A DNA stretch of 64,000 nt, taken from assembly GCA_964612665.1 (NCBI GenBank), contig CAZTCI010000001.1:508896-572895 (forward strand), read 5' to 3'. Shown here piece by piece: positions 36,001 through 48,000 of this stretch. The position numbers and the translations under genes were made by a program. Every line of letters begins with the position of its first letter. Position 1 is the first letter of the stretch. The notes below the pieces were generated by a model that worked only from the letters and a program-made list of their open reading frames with translations, was not told where the DNA came from and made no database searches. Source of the stretch: an uncultured Planctomycetales bacterium. Lineage in GTDB: Bacteria; Omnitrophota; Gorgyraeia; Zapsychrales; JAHFFX01.

Positions 36001-39000
36001 CTTATCTTGAATAAGGTCAATTAAACGGCTCTGTTGCTCACGGCTTAAATATCCTCTGGAATGACGTGGCATGCCCAAGATCGTATTGACAGCGGCTTCA
36101 TCTCTTTGCTGAGGAGCCCAAATAATTTTAAGTTTAGACTCTTTAATAACCGGCACAGGAGGATTCAGCCCGTACCATTTCTTCATTTCATAAAGAATTT
36201 CTACTGAGCTTTTTCCTTTTAGATCGTGATTTTTTGCCCAGTTCAGCAGAAGCCCCTCTAAACATTTTCCTCCAAACCCTGGAATACCTGTATGAATAAT
36301 ATCGCCCACTTTTAAATCTACTATCTTCCCTGCACGGCGATGATTGGCTAGATGTTGAAGGATCGCCCATTGCAACCGCTCTTCAAGTTTGTCCCAGGAG
36401 AATTTCCTCGCCCGTCGGAATTGATCCAATACCGTTTCCAATTCTTCAAGGGTTACTGGTTTTTCTTCTGCCATCGTCATAAGAACAGCAGATGCGCAGA
36501 GGACTGCTATCCACGCTTCCGCACCTACGAGGTGCTGATGGGTAACCATGGCGACGAAAGCGGCGGAAATGATGATAAAGCGGAAGACTCCGTCGAGGAA
36601 ATCATTCAGTCGGCTGGGTTGAACAAATACAATTCGACGCAAAATGGAATTCACATTGTCTTGGCCGACATACGCAAGCGCCGCCGCAATTCCTACCAGA
36701 ACAAAAATCCATAAGGATGGACCAACGGCCATCAGTTTTATCTCTCGATCCCAAAACTGACTTGGCCCACACCGGCGGACAACAAATTTCTTTTCCAAAT
36801 CCTCTTTGACCGTCGTCACATCTTCTTGGACGATCGCGTCCGCCACACGTAAAGAAAATCCCATTTGCAGGGCCTGACGGCCGGGCATGGATGGGCTATA
36901 TCTCAAGCGAAGCCCCTGAATCAACGCGCGATAGGGCGCTTCCTGTCCCCGGAGAAACTTAAGGAAGGCAAACTGTTTGATTTCTTTGGTGGATACGGAG
37001 GTTTCAATATTATTTCTAAGATACGCTAAAAATTCTTTGTAATAACTGACCCAGTGCTCAAGGATTCTTTCCAGCCCCAACTCATTTAATTGTTTGTTCA
37101 AACGATTTGTGTTCCCAAAGACCAAATCTGTCGGTTTAAATTTATCAAATGTATCGGAGGTAATAGGACTCAATAAACAGCGCTCATTTAACGTTGATAC
37201 ACTGAGCTCATGCTTTTCGCCCCCGATTCTGACCCACCGCCCCAATCCCCGTCGGGCCAGGGCAATGAGATATTCGGGTTCGATATCAAATTGATCTTTC
37301 CCTTGATAATAAACGTGAATGTCCAGGTCCTTGATCATGGACCACAATGGGATTTGATTTTCGCTAAAAAGATAGGTCGAGGAGCCGGTGACCGTGATGA
37401 TCGGAGCCTCCACAATGGATAACGTAGCGACTTGCTTTAGAAGTTCGATTAAATCGACCGGCGGTAAAGCTGGATTGTCTGGCTGAACAATAAACTGGCG
37501 CTCAGGACGATAGTAGGAAATGTGTTCATCTTGGTCCACGATCAAAACAGGCCAATGCACTGTTTGGACCGCCGCCAGTAATATCAGCGCGTAGACCGCC
37601 TCGTTCAAACCGATCAGATCTCCGTGGGCCAAAAGACCGGATAAAGCCGCGAGGATGGCGATAGGGCGGAAGAGTTGTGCGATCAACCTGCGGGAGTGAA
37701 CAGACTTGATAAAGCGGAAAATTCCGTCGAGGAATAACATCACCCTCTCCGACGGCGGCGAAGTCTTGAGAAATTCGTAAAACGCGCGGAGGTTTTCAAG
37801 GATGACGCGGGATTTGGAGATTAGAACAGCGGCCATCAAAACAATAATGAGAATTTCCGCGAGGTGAAACACATTATTCGACGAAAAATTTGATTTTCTC
37901 GTCGGTCTTATCCGTGCAGTCGAAAGGAAATCGATTCGATGGGCGTTCAACGTCGCGGCATCTAATAATTCAAACCCTGGGAATGTTTGATCGACGATAT
38001 GTTTAATCAAATCCGCCAACTGATCCGCAGGGATTTTGATTAGATATCCTGGAATTCGGTGCATCTGCTGAGGACTAATTTCCCTCATCTCTTCTGCAGT
38101 CAAAAATTGAACCGCGGCCATCGATACAACCCGGCCTTCTAATCTGTTGACAGTCCATTTTCGCGACATTATACTTTGAATCGAAAAGGAGATAGATTGA
38201 TGACTTCTCTTCAAGATGCTATGAAAATCATTAAACCGCTTCAAAACCGTTTCAAGAAAAGCCATAAGTCCAGAAGAAAAACGAAGATTGCCGACGATCT
38301 TTTGGGTGCGTTCAAAGGTGCGACCGAAGGTAAATCTTCCAGTCAATGTGTTCGAGAATTGAGAAATTCTTCTTATGGTAAGTTTAAATAACCCTTCCTT
38401 GCTCTTGGACTCCGATGTCCTTGTCAGCTGGTTGACGCTCGAAGAAGATATTCTTACCCATAAAAAGCTCTGGGAAGCTCCCCACAAAATAATGACAATG
38501 GTTGAGGAAAATTCTTCTCTCGGTTGTTCAACGATTATCAATCTTATGGAAATCAGGTTTGTGTTGCGTGCTAAGAAGAAATTCAGTGAGCATAAGATTA
38601 CATCTTCTCTTAATAAACTCTCCGAGATTCTGAAGCTATTCATTCCAGATGAAATCAACCTATTAAAGGCGAATGAACTCCAGTCCAAATATCTTTCATT
38701 ATCGCCAACCGACGCTATCCTTCTGTCTGTGGCCACAACCCTAGACAATGTTGTCCTAATCACCCGCGATCGAGAATTATTGAAAGCTGCCTCAAAAATT
38801 GTCTCCGCATCAACTCCTGAAGAATTTCTGGCGAAACGCTGATCTCTTCTGTTCCAATAAAAATTCCCCACCAGCATTGCAATTAGCCCAACCACTCCCT
38901 TAAACACAATCCAAATAAAGCGGAAAATTCCGTCGAGGAATAACATCATCATCTTCGACGGCGGTGAGGTTTTAAGAAGTTCGTAGAACGCGCGGAGGTT

Positions 39001-42000
39001 TTCGAGGATGACGCGGGATTTGGATAGCAGAACAGCGGCAACCAAAATAATGATTAGAATTTCCGCGAAGTTAAAGGAGTTATTCGTTGGAGAATTCGAT
39101 TTACCCGTCGATCTCGTGGCGAGAGCTCTGCTGTCCTGAGATCTTCTTTCTGTGGTGACGAAAGTTCCTACCCTTCTTAAAATTTTGATAACTCTATCCC
39201 TTCCCTGAAGGTTATTAGAACTCTGTCGAGATTGGGGTTGTTCAACGATCGGCAAAGTGACGAAAAAGCTGGCGCCCTGGCCCAACTCGCTCTCCACATC
39301 AATCTCTCCATTGTGCGCCGTAATAATGCTTTTCACAATGTAAAGTCCCTGGCCGGTCCCGTCTTTTCCTTTCGTCGTGAAATATGGCTCGAAGATTTTA
39401 GAGACCAGCTCGGGCGCGATCCCGGGGCCATTGTCTTTCACCTCGAATTGCACGAGGGGCGCATTGTCGATTGGCGTGACGATCAACTCAATCTTTCCGT
39501 CTGGTATCTGCGCTAAGGTATACACCGCATTCTTTAGGAGATTGATAAACGCATGCGTCATCTGAATTTGTTCGACATCGATTCTAATCCCGGCGGCAGC
39601 GGAAAAATCAATCTGAAGTTGCTGTGGATCGAAGAGAGCGAAGATCTCTTCAAAATGTCCTCTAAGATTAGTCAAGAATTCCTCGACGGAAATGACTTTC
39701 TTCTTACCTTTCCCGGAATAACTGAGATAAAAATCAATGATTATTTTAAGCCGGTGGGTAACGCTGTGGAGGGTTTTGAGGACTTCACGCTTGGCTTTAG
39801 GCTCAACGATACCTTGATCGATATTTTTGTCTTGCGGATGCTGGCGGAAATCTTTGACGAGCTGCTTCCAGGCGCGATGAAACTTTTTCAGTTCAGGTAA
39901 ATCATCGAGAAGGATTTGCAACGCCAACATAATTAACCTTTCGCGCTGTTCTTGTGTAAACGGTTGGGCATAATTTTCAAGCACCTGTTGTAATGCCGGA
40001 TTGAATAACCCACCTATTGGCCTTTTCTCTCTTAAAGATAAGGTTGTTCTGTCATGCTCGGGGAGAAAAGGCCTAATACTAGACTTTTGCAATGCAAAAG
40101 TCAGTAATAACTCCGCTCGCTGTTCTCCTGTAAGCAGCTCAGCATATTTTTCAAGCATCGCCCGTTTTAATTCTGGGTTTGATAATGACTGAATATCGAC
40201 ATAAGGTTGATCAGATGCGGCATGGTTGCGAAGAATCTTCAAATCATTAATTTTCTCGAGAAGATTTAAATCCATAATATTCTCACTCAAAGATTGCATA
40301 GCGGATTTGAATGGTTCCGGCAAAATATCGGCATTACCGTTTGCCGGATCAAAGAATAAAGTAATCACGGTCAAATCATTGCCGATTTCATGCAGGAAGA
40401 CCGGCCCCAAATCAGCGATGATCCCCTGCCAATAATCTTCTTTTGGTATCCGCATTACCATAACGACAACCATCGATAGTCCCAGCAGCCAATTGAACGG
40501 CATAATGTATACGGCGTTTCTCTCGGTTGGGAGCTTCATAAATACATATTCCCTTCTGGCCACTGTCTGAATTTCAAGACCAAGCGGCTTTCGGTTTAAC
40601 GTTTTGAGCATTTGGGTGATAAAGTTTATCCGCCGCAAAACTGATGTGATCGGCATGCTGCTGCCATCACCCAACGTCGTCCCTGGTTTTTCTTCCAGCA
40701 GCATCTCCATGGTCTGCCCAATAACTGTCAAGGCCCCGGACAGATTTATGACGACGGGCCCGTCTGTAATAGAATTTCTAAACGCCGTCCCCATCACATT
40801 GCTTTTCCGCACTAAAGCGATCAAATCCTTGGCCTTTGGTGTCGTATCATTGCCAAACACAGGGTCGGATTCTGCCTCCTGCTTGACGTTTAGCATTGCT
40901 TCCAAAATCAATCTTGCGGACTCGCGTGCCCGTGTCGGATCTCCTAACGCTTCGCGTTGGCCATTAACAAATTTAACGAACTTAACCAGCTCCGTGCGCA
41001 GAGCCTTAATCCATTGCGGCCATTCTAGGTAATAAAATAATTGTTCCAGGACTGCCATAATAAGGAGCGTGCGTTCTCCGACGGGTTGGATTGGATTTCT
41101 AGATATTTGTTCTTCTTTCTGTTCAATGTCTAGAATCAAATGCCAGACTGGCTCTACAAATGCTTTCCTCTCAAGCAAGCCCCTTGTATATTTGAAGAAA
41201 TCATTCTGAGATTCATGATGACGCAATACTCGACGGGCAGCCAAACGGGCCATGGGATATTTCATGGAGCCGATTAAATCAGTCAACGTAAGATAATTTT
41301 TTACAAAGCTGCGCAATCCTGGCTCTTCAATCAATCCTTTAAACTCAATCAGCTCGGAAATAAAACGGAAATAGAAAACAAACCGTTCTCCGCCGGCCTT
41401 ATAAAGGATCCGTTTCCTTCCCGTGGCGGAAATAGGCCTATCATTTAAAACTTCGATCAGCCAAGCAGCGATCAAAAGTCTTAATGCCTCCATGTCCTCA
41501 TCCTCAACCGGCCCACTTAAAATCCACGCGCGTTTTTCGTCGGTGGAAAGGGCCAGGAGATTATCGAGACCAGTATACTGGCCGCGCACCGCCATCAAAA
41601 ATACCGGAGCGCTCAGCAACATCAAAGACATTCCCATCCATAAAACGGTTTTGATGGCGAGTATAACCAACATCAATCCGCCCACGGCGCCGACCAAGGC
41701 GATGGAATGCAATTTCTCCTCGAGCTGCGCGATTTTATTTTCTATTCCATTTGTCTTTTCAGATTCTTGGTCTTTCTTCCCGTTTCCATTCAATTCAGTG
41801 GAATACGCTGTCAGAGTGAATAATTCTTTTAAGTCCTCTTCCCATTGCTTATGAAAAGGAAGGCTCTCTGCATATTCCTGGAAGAGACCTGCGCGCAGCT
41901 GACGCCACACCATATGGTCGAGCAAGACCTGACCATTGATGACAAATGCCTGCGCAAAGTGTCTTAATTCCTCGACGTAGGCCGGATATTTCTGTGAGAT

Positions 42001-45000
42001 CTTTTGTAAAGAAGACAATTCCTCGGATAGAGAATCTTTCTTAAGCAAAGCATCCACGTATTGTTCAATCTGTTGGCTTTTAGCATAGTCATGGTCTTGC
42101 GATAAACGGATACGTTCTTCAATACGATCCGTGGCTGTTTCAAAAGCAATGATCCAATCGGCATCAGAACCGGAGAATTCCGAGACATAGCTTGATACCC
42201 TGGACTTTAATAAAAGCCTGTGCGTCGTCCCGGCCTCACCGTTACGGGCGATACGGGCCATGATTTGTCGCATATCACGTTTGGAAAAAAGAACGTTGTA
42301 AAGAACAGCCACAACGCCGGAGGCAACATTGGTCAAAATATTCACCCCTCGGCCTCCCATGGGACTGGTAATAAGAATCGTAATCTGTAAGCGGCCTTTC
42401 TGGTTAATAACATAACCGGCCTTTTCAAATTGACCGGCTTCTTCCCTGCGCTTTTCAGGATTTTGATCGATCCCTAAAACAGTCTCAATCTTGATATCAT
42501 TGTTGGGCCGGCCTCTTTCCAAGATGGCGTTTAATAGTTCCTTGACATGATGGGCCGAAGCGATATCTTCCGTCGCGATAAAAACCGGCCTTCCTGACAA
42601 TAAAGCATTCATAACAATTTCGATTAAGCTTTGGTCCATCTCTTCCACGGTCTCATATCCGATGGAGGAATGATCAACCCGGATGGATTTGATATCGGAG
42701 GGTTGAACATACACTTGCATGTTCAATCTTTTCTTTAAATGCTGTTCAATCGTCGGACTCATCTCTGAACCACTGACCGCGGCATAGCCATGTCTATACA
42801 ACTTTAAAAGGGAGTGATACGTCAAGGCCGCCAAAAGCCGGCGCGGATTCTTTTCATTGTCGATACCGGAACGCGCTTCTATCATACGTTGTACCTCGGG
42901 AGAATAAACACGCAAAATGTCCGGGCGTTTACTATCGTCGGGAATAGGCAATACATTTTCACGTTTAGCATCTAAACAAAAATCATGATCCTCTTTAAGG
43001 TTCCAGCCAATCACCGCAAAGTCCGCCAGCTGACGCAAATGCGCATCAGAGATTTCATCTAATTCCCGACGATTTCTAAGAAATTCCATAATCTTCCGCG
43101 GGTCACGCCAAACCACTTGTCTTCCCTGATCGGAAGAAATAATCTCTTCGGGATTCGTAGCCCAATCTTTCAACAAAAAGAAGACGTCCTTATCAAAACG
43201 ATGCCACGCTGTATAGGCTGCGATAATTCTCTTCACTAATTCTTTATCCTTACCGTTGACGATGATGTCGATCGACAGAGTATTCAAGACGGAGAAGATA
43301 TCCCAAAGATAATAATCCGCCTCATCCAATAAAGCCCGACGATCAATGGTCAATGGTTGTTCTAAACTTTTTCTGGTCGAAATTTCTCGCGCCAGGGCTG
43401 TTAAAGAAATATATCGGATCTGTGCTTTGCCGGCTTCAGCCCAGAGAGAGGAACCAAAAAATCTAGTGAACCTTTTTGACTGGCCCGGAATAAGTAGTGT
43501 ACGGGACCCTTCGGTGATGCAGCTTACGGAATGCCCCAAAGAAGCCAAAATCCCGGCCTGACTGTTAAAGCCGTCTTGGGCCAAATGATCTGTCGTGGTG
43601 ACGATATCCGTTGATACACCCATTTTCTCCAGAGCATCGGCCGCCATCGACAAGGCCATGGTTTTTCCGGCGCTGGTATCAAACTTGACAAAATATCCCC
43701 GCGATCCGTCTTCGGTCCTCGGTTGCATCAAGAGTTCAGCAGTTTTAAGTTGTGCGGGGCGGCGTTGATACTTAATCATAATATTCTTATCAGCCATCCT
43801 TCGACGCGCAATGACCTCAAATTCCTCTAATGATTCCCTAATTACGTCGGGAAAATATTCGCTCAAGGATAAAGGCAGATCGGTCCACGCCACGCCATTT
43901 TGTATCGATGTTTTAATAATTTCTTTTTGTTCACTGAATACGTTCAGTTGAGGGGTGGGAGTCTCGTCGATCTCCCCAATGATATTCGCGGGCGTAGATA
44001 AAGATTCCATCTGAAGTCTTTCTGCCTCCTCTTCCAACGGCGAAACTTTTTCCGGACGCTGGAACTCAAACGACATCTCGGGTTCAGGAGGCTGAAAAGC
44101 AATTCCAAAATAATGGGCGAGATGATGGACTGACTTAAAGAATCTTTCCATTGATATCTCAAATCTTCCTTGTTCATAATTCTTCACTGACGACTGGCTT
44201 AATTGTAGAATTTCGGCAAATTGAGTTTGAGATAAGTCCAGCTCCTTACGAAGATGGGTTAAATTCAAGAGATATTTTTTCAGTAAAGCATTCTGTTGGC
44301 TGTTTGGAGAGGATTTCGCTTCTTGTTGAACATCATTGATGAATTCTTTCACTTCCGTCGGGACCTCACTGGAAACATTGTCCATTAAGAAATCTATAAC
44401 CTTCTTCATTGACTTTGCGCTAAGTTTCCATGCCTTGGCAGAACTTGCGTGATCTACAATATATTTTTGCCCTCCCATCGACGCGATCATTGTCTCGACA
44501 GAGTATCTCTGCTTAAAACGATTTAGTAAATGCTTAATCGGCTCGCTCAATCTCTTAAAAATTTCGCGTCGTTCTTCTCTTGATGCACGCAAAGCTTGTG
44601 CATACAAAAGCTGTATCTGCTGCTTCCACTGCTTAATGTCTCGAGACCACTCACCAATGGGCTGAACATCCTCATTCTGCCCACCGAAAGTAGAGATGAT
44701 GATAGATTCATCGATGAGCTGAACATTCTCATTCTGCTCAAAAGCGATAGGAATCTCGTCCGCCTCTTGTAATGAAATCAAGCTAGAGATTGGCTTTTCT
44801 TCTTCAATGAACTGAGTATCCTCATTCTGCTTACCGATCAAACTTTCATCGACCTCAGGCAAAGTTAATTCAAAAGTCGTTTCTTCATCGCTTTCTGGAG
44901 TAAGGATGATGATAGATTCATCGATGAACTGAACATTCTCGTTCTGCTCAAAAGCGATAGGAATCTCGCCCATCTCCCCAATTCCATTCGTGGGCGGAGA

Positions 45001-48000
45001 TAAAGATTCCATCTGAGATATTTCCGCCTCCTCTTCCAACGGCGAGACTTTTCCCGGAAACTGGAACTCAAACTTCATCTCGGGCTCAGAAGGCTGAAAA
45101 GCAATTCCAAAATAATGGGCGAGATGATGGACTGATTGAAGAAATCTTTCCATTGGTATCCTAGATCTTCCCAGTTCATATTCCGACACTGACCACCGGC
45201 TTAATTTTAGAATTTCGGCAAATTGGGTTTGAGACAAGCCCAGCTTCTTACGAATGCGGGTTAAATCCGAAAAATATTTTTTCAGTAAAGCATTCTGTTG
45301 GCTGTTTGGAGAGGATTTCCCTTCTTGTTGAACATCATTGATGAATTCTTTCACTTCCCTTGGAACCTCACTGGAAACATTGTCCATTAAGAAATTGATG
45401 ACCTTCTCCATTGACTTTGCGCTAAGTGTCCCCGCATCGGCAGAACTTGCGCGATCTACGATATATTTTGTTACTCCCATCAACGCCATTTTCTCGACAG
45501 AGAATTCTTGCTTAAAGCGATCCAGTAAATGCTTAATGGGCTTGCTCAATCTCTTGCGTTGTTCTTCTCTCGACGCACGCAAAGCTTGGACATACAAAAG
45601 CTGCATCTGATGCTTCCACTCGTTAATGTCTTGAGACCACTCACCCATGGGCTGAACATCCTCTTCTTCTTTCCGTAGAATTTCTTCCGTCCGTTGGGAC
45701 TCAAACTTCGTTGCGGGCTCAGAAATCTGAAAAGAAATTATTGAAAACTTTTGAAAATAATTCTCCACAATTCTTTCTAATAACGGTGTTTCCTGCATCC
45801 TCCAAGGACGAATTGTTTTGCCTTTGTCCAAATCATTCTCATCGCGATGAGAAAACTTCGCCATCCCCAACATCACGCCCGCGAATCCCAGAAGATTAAT
45901 GAACGCGATGAAATCCATTGCATAAAAATGCGCCGTTCCGATCATGGCCAGGATGGATGCGATGATCTTTACAAAAATTCCGTTGATCATTGTAAACAGC
46001 ACCATCGCTCCCATAACGACCGACCAAACCACCCAACCACCGGCCACGTTGAGAAATACGATAGAAGACAATGTGCTTATCCCCGATGGGACCAATTCAA
46101 GTTGCTCTGGATTGGTTTGAGCAATATAAGATCTAAATATATATAGTTTCTCAAAGTAACTTTTATTTATGTCGGAAACGAGATAATCTAGACGATGATG
46201 ACTAATTCCCTTTAATCCTTCCAACCGTAACATCGCATTAACAAAATTCATGGCTAATGAATTATTGCCTTTGCGGAATAAAAACCATTGGCTCGATTCA
46301 TCGTGCCCAAAAGTGCCTAAATAGAAACCAAAAATGCGTTCAATACGACTATTGATATCCTTCTGTTGCTGACCGTCCTTGACCCATTCCCCCAGATGAT
46401 TCATCATCTTGAGAATCCGTCGATGAATATCCTCTTTGGATCTCGCTCTCAGTTCTCCTGCGACATTCAAGGCATAATCCTCACTTGGATAAAAGCGTTT
46501 TCCGTCCTTGCCTAACAGAAGAATGATATTAAAATTCTTAAGCCAAATTAAGAAATCTTGGGTCGTGGTTATACGGTCCGAGACGAAATTGAATAACAAA
46601 CGCAAAATCTCTCCTCGAACTTCGTGGGAATTAATCCAATAATTCCTCTGCTCATCCATCGACGGCCATATTGCTAAAGTCGAAGGATCCGGGTTTCTGA
46701 TCATTTCTTCTTTAGGTAGCTGTAAGGCATTTTCCCAATTCCAAGTCGGCATGGCCCGTTTGAACATCGCCAGTTCTTTTGTCGCCACATCAACAGAAAC
46801 ATCCCGGTCTTGCTGAAGAACCGGATCAAAAATCACAACAGTTGGATTTTCCGAAGTCCCCTTCACTGCCATCCTCACAGCACCCGCCATAACGATCGAT
46901 GCGATCCCCAGATAACCAATCATCGAATGCCCAAGCCAGGCAGCCGTCAATACCTCCAAAAGCCCGGTAATTCCGACGATAAGAACCCAGTGATACCACT
47001 TTGCTTGAGCCAATAGCTCATGGAAAAATTCCTTTGTGTCTTGAACGATGACCTTCCAACTCAGCCTGGTCCTCCATGCCCGTTTCCACTCCATGACCAA
47101 GATGAGGAATTGAATCAAAATAATCAGGCCTGTTACGATTGTGATGACAAGATCGGCCGTCGGTGAAAGTTCCTGTTGGGGCACCACATAGGCCGCCTCG
47201 GTCAAGCTTGGCAGAATCCCCTGCAAAAACAAAACGCCGGCAAGCACCAACAACAGCGCAATAGCCACGAATACGAAATCAAAAATTCCTGCTACCGTTA
47301 CCAGATCTCCAAATCTCTCAGAAAACTTCGAAGATAAAATCCGTGCATTCCAGCCAAACGGAGAAACGAGGCCTTCATCCCCTAGGTGGATTTCCGGTAA
47401 ACGTCTCAAATCCAAAATCAAATGATCCTGGCCAGCCACTTGGCGTTCTTTTATTTGGTAAATTCCTCTGAAAAAGTCATTGTTCCGTAAGAGAAGATAA
47501 TCAAATTGGGCGGCTAATGTTTTAAGGAAATTGTTTTCTGGTTTGAAGAAGTCCCGCGCTCGACGGTACATTCTTTGTTTGGCCTGCGTTTTGTTCAGTC
47601 CTTCATGTTTTTGATAATAGGCGCGCACGGCCTCGTGGTTATATCCGGCCATATGATAGACGCCGAGCTTAACGATCCTTTCGTTGAAATAAAGCTCAAG
47701 CGATACGAGACTTGACTCTTTAGATGATCCGAATAGATCAATCGAGACAAGATTTAAATTTTCATTAACCTCAATCTGTTGAACACCGTCCCAATCGTGA
47801 GTTAATTCCAAAACCCATTGCTTGAAGGATTCTGATAATTGATCATCATTAACAAATCGCATCGATGCCAGCGTCGAAGAATTTTGGTCCATCATTCCCG
47901 CGGTAACAAAAATCATCGCCCACAACACCCCGATTCCACCTACGAGGTGGAACGTGGTCCAAACGGCGATTAGGAAGGAAGGTATAACGGTGAAGCGGAA

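Noticed and set aside
10709-38842. Cassettes delivered by a transposon, integron or phage
   Set aside because: I find no transposase, integrase, inverted terminal repeats or clear short target-site duplications flanking brnTA or the coiled-coil cassette. Only the PIN cassette has flanking repeats, and these are duplicated protein junctions. The mechanism remains open rather than supported.
39553-39900. A 115-aa + strand ORF with a semi-plausible sequence
   Set aside because: It is antisense to the histidine-kinase module, has no promoter or RBS, and shows no family resemblance. Unlike the three real cassettes, it has no TTGACA-N17-TATnnT signal upstream.
44040-45680. A diversity-generating retroelement (template/variable repeat pair)
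   Set aside because: The differences between the two copies involve all base types rather than adenine-specific substitutions. No reverse transcriptase is visible in the window.
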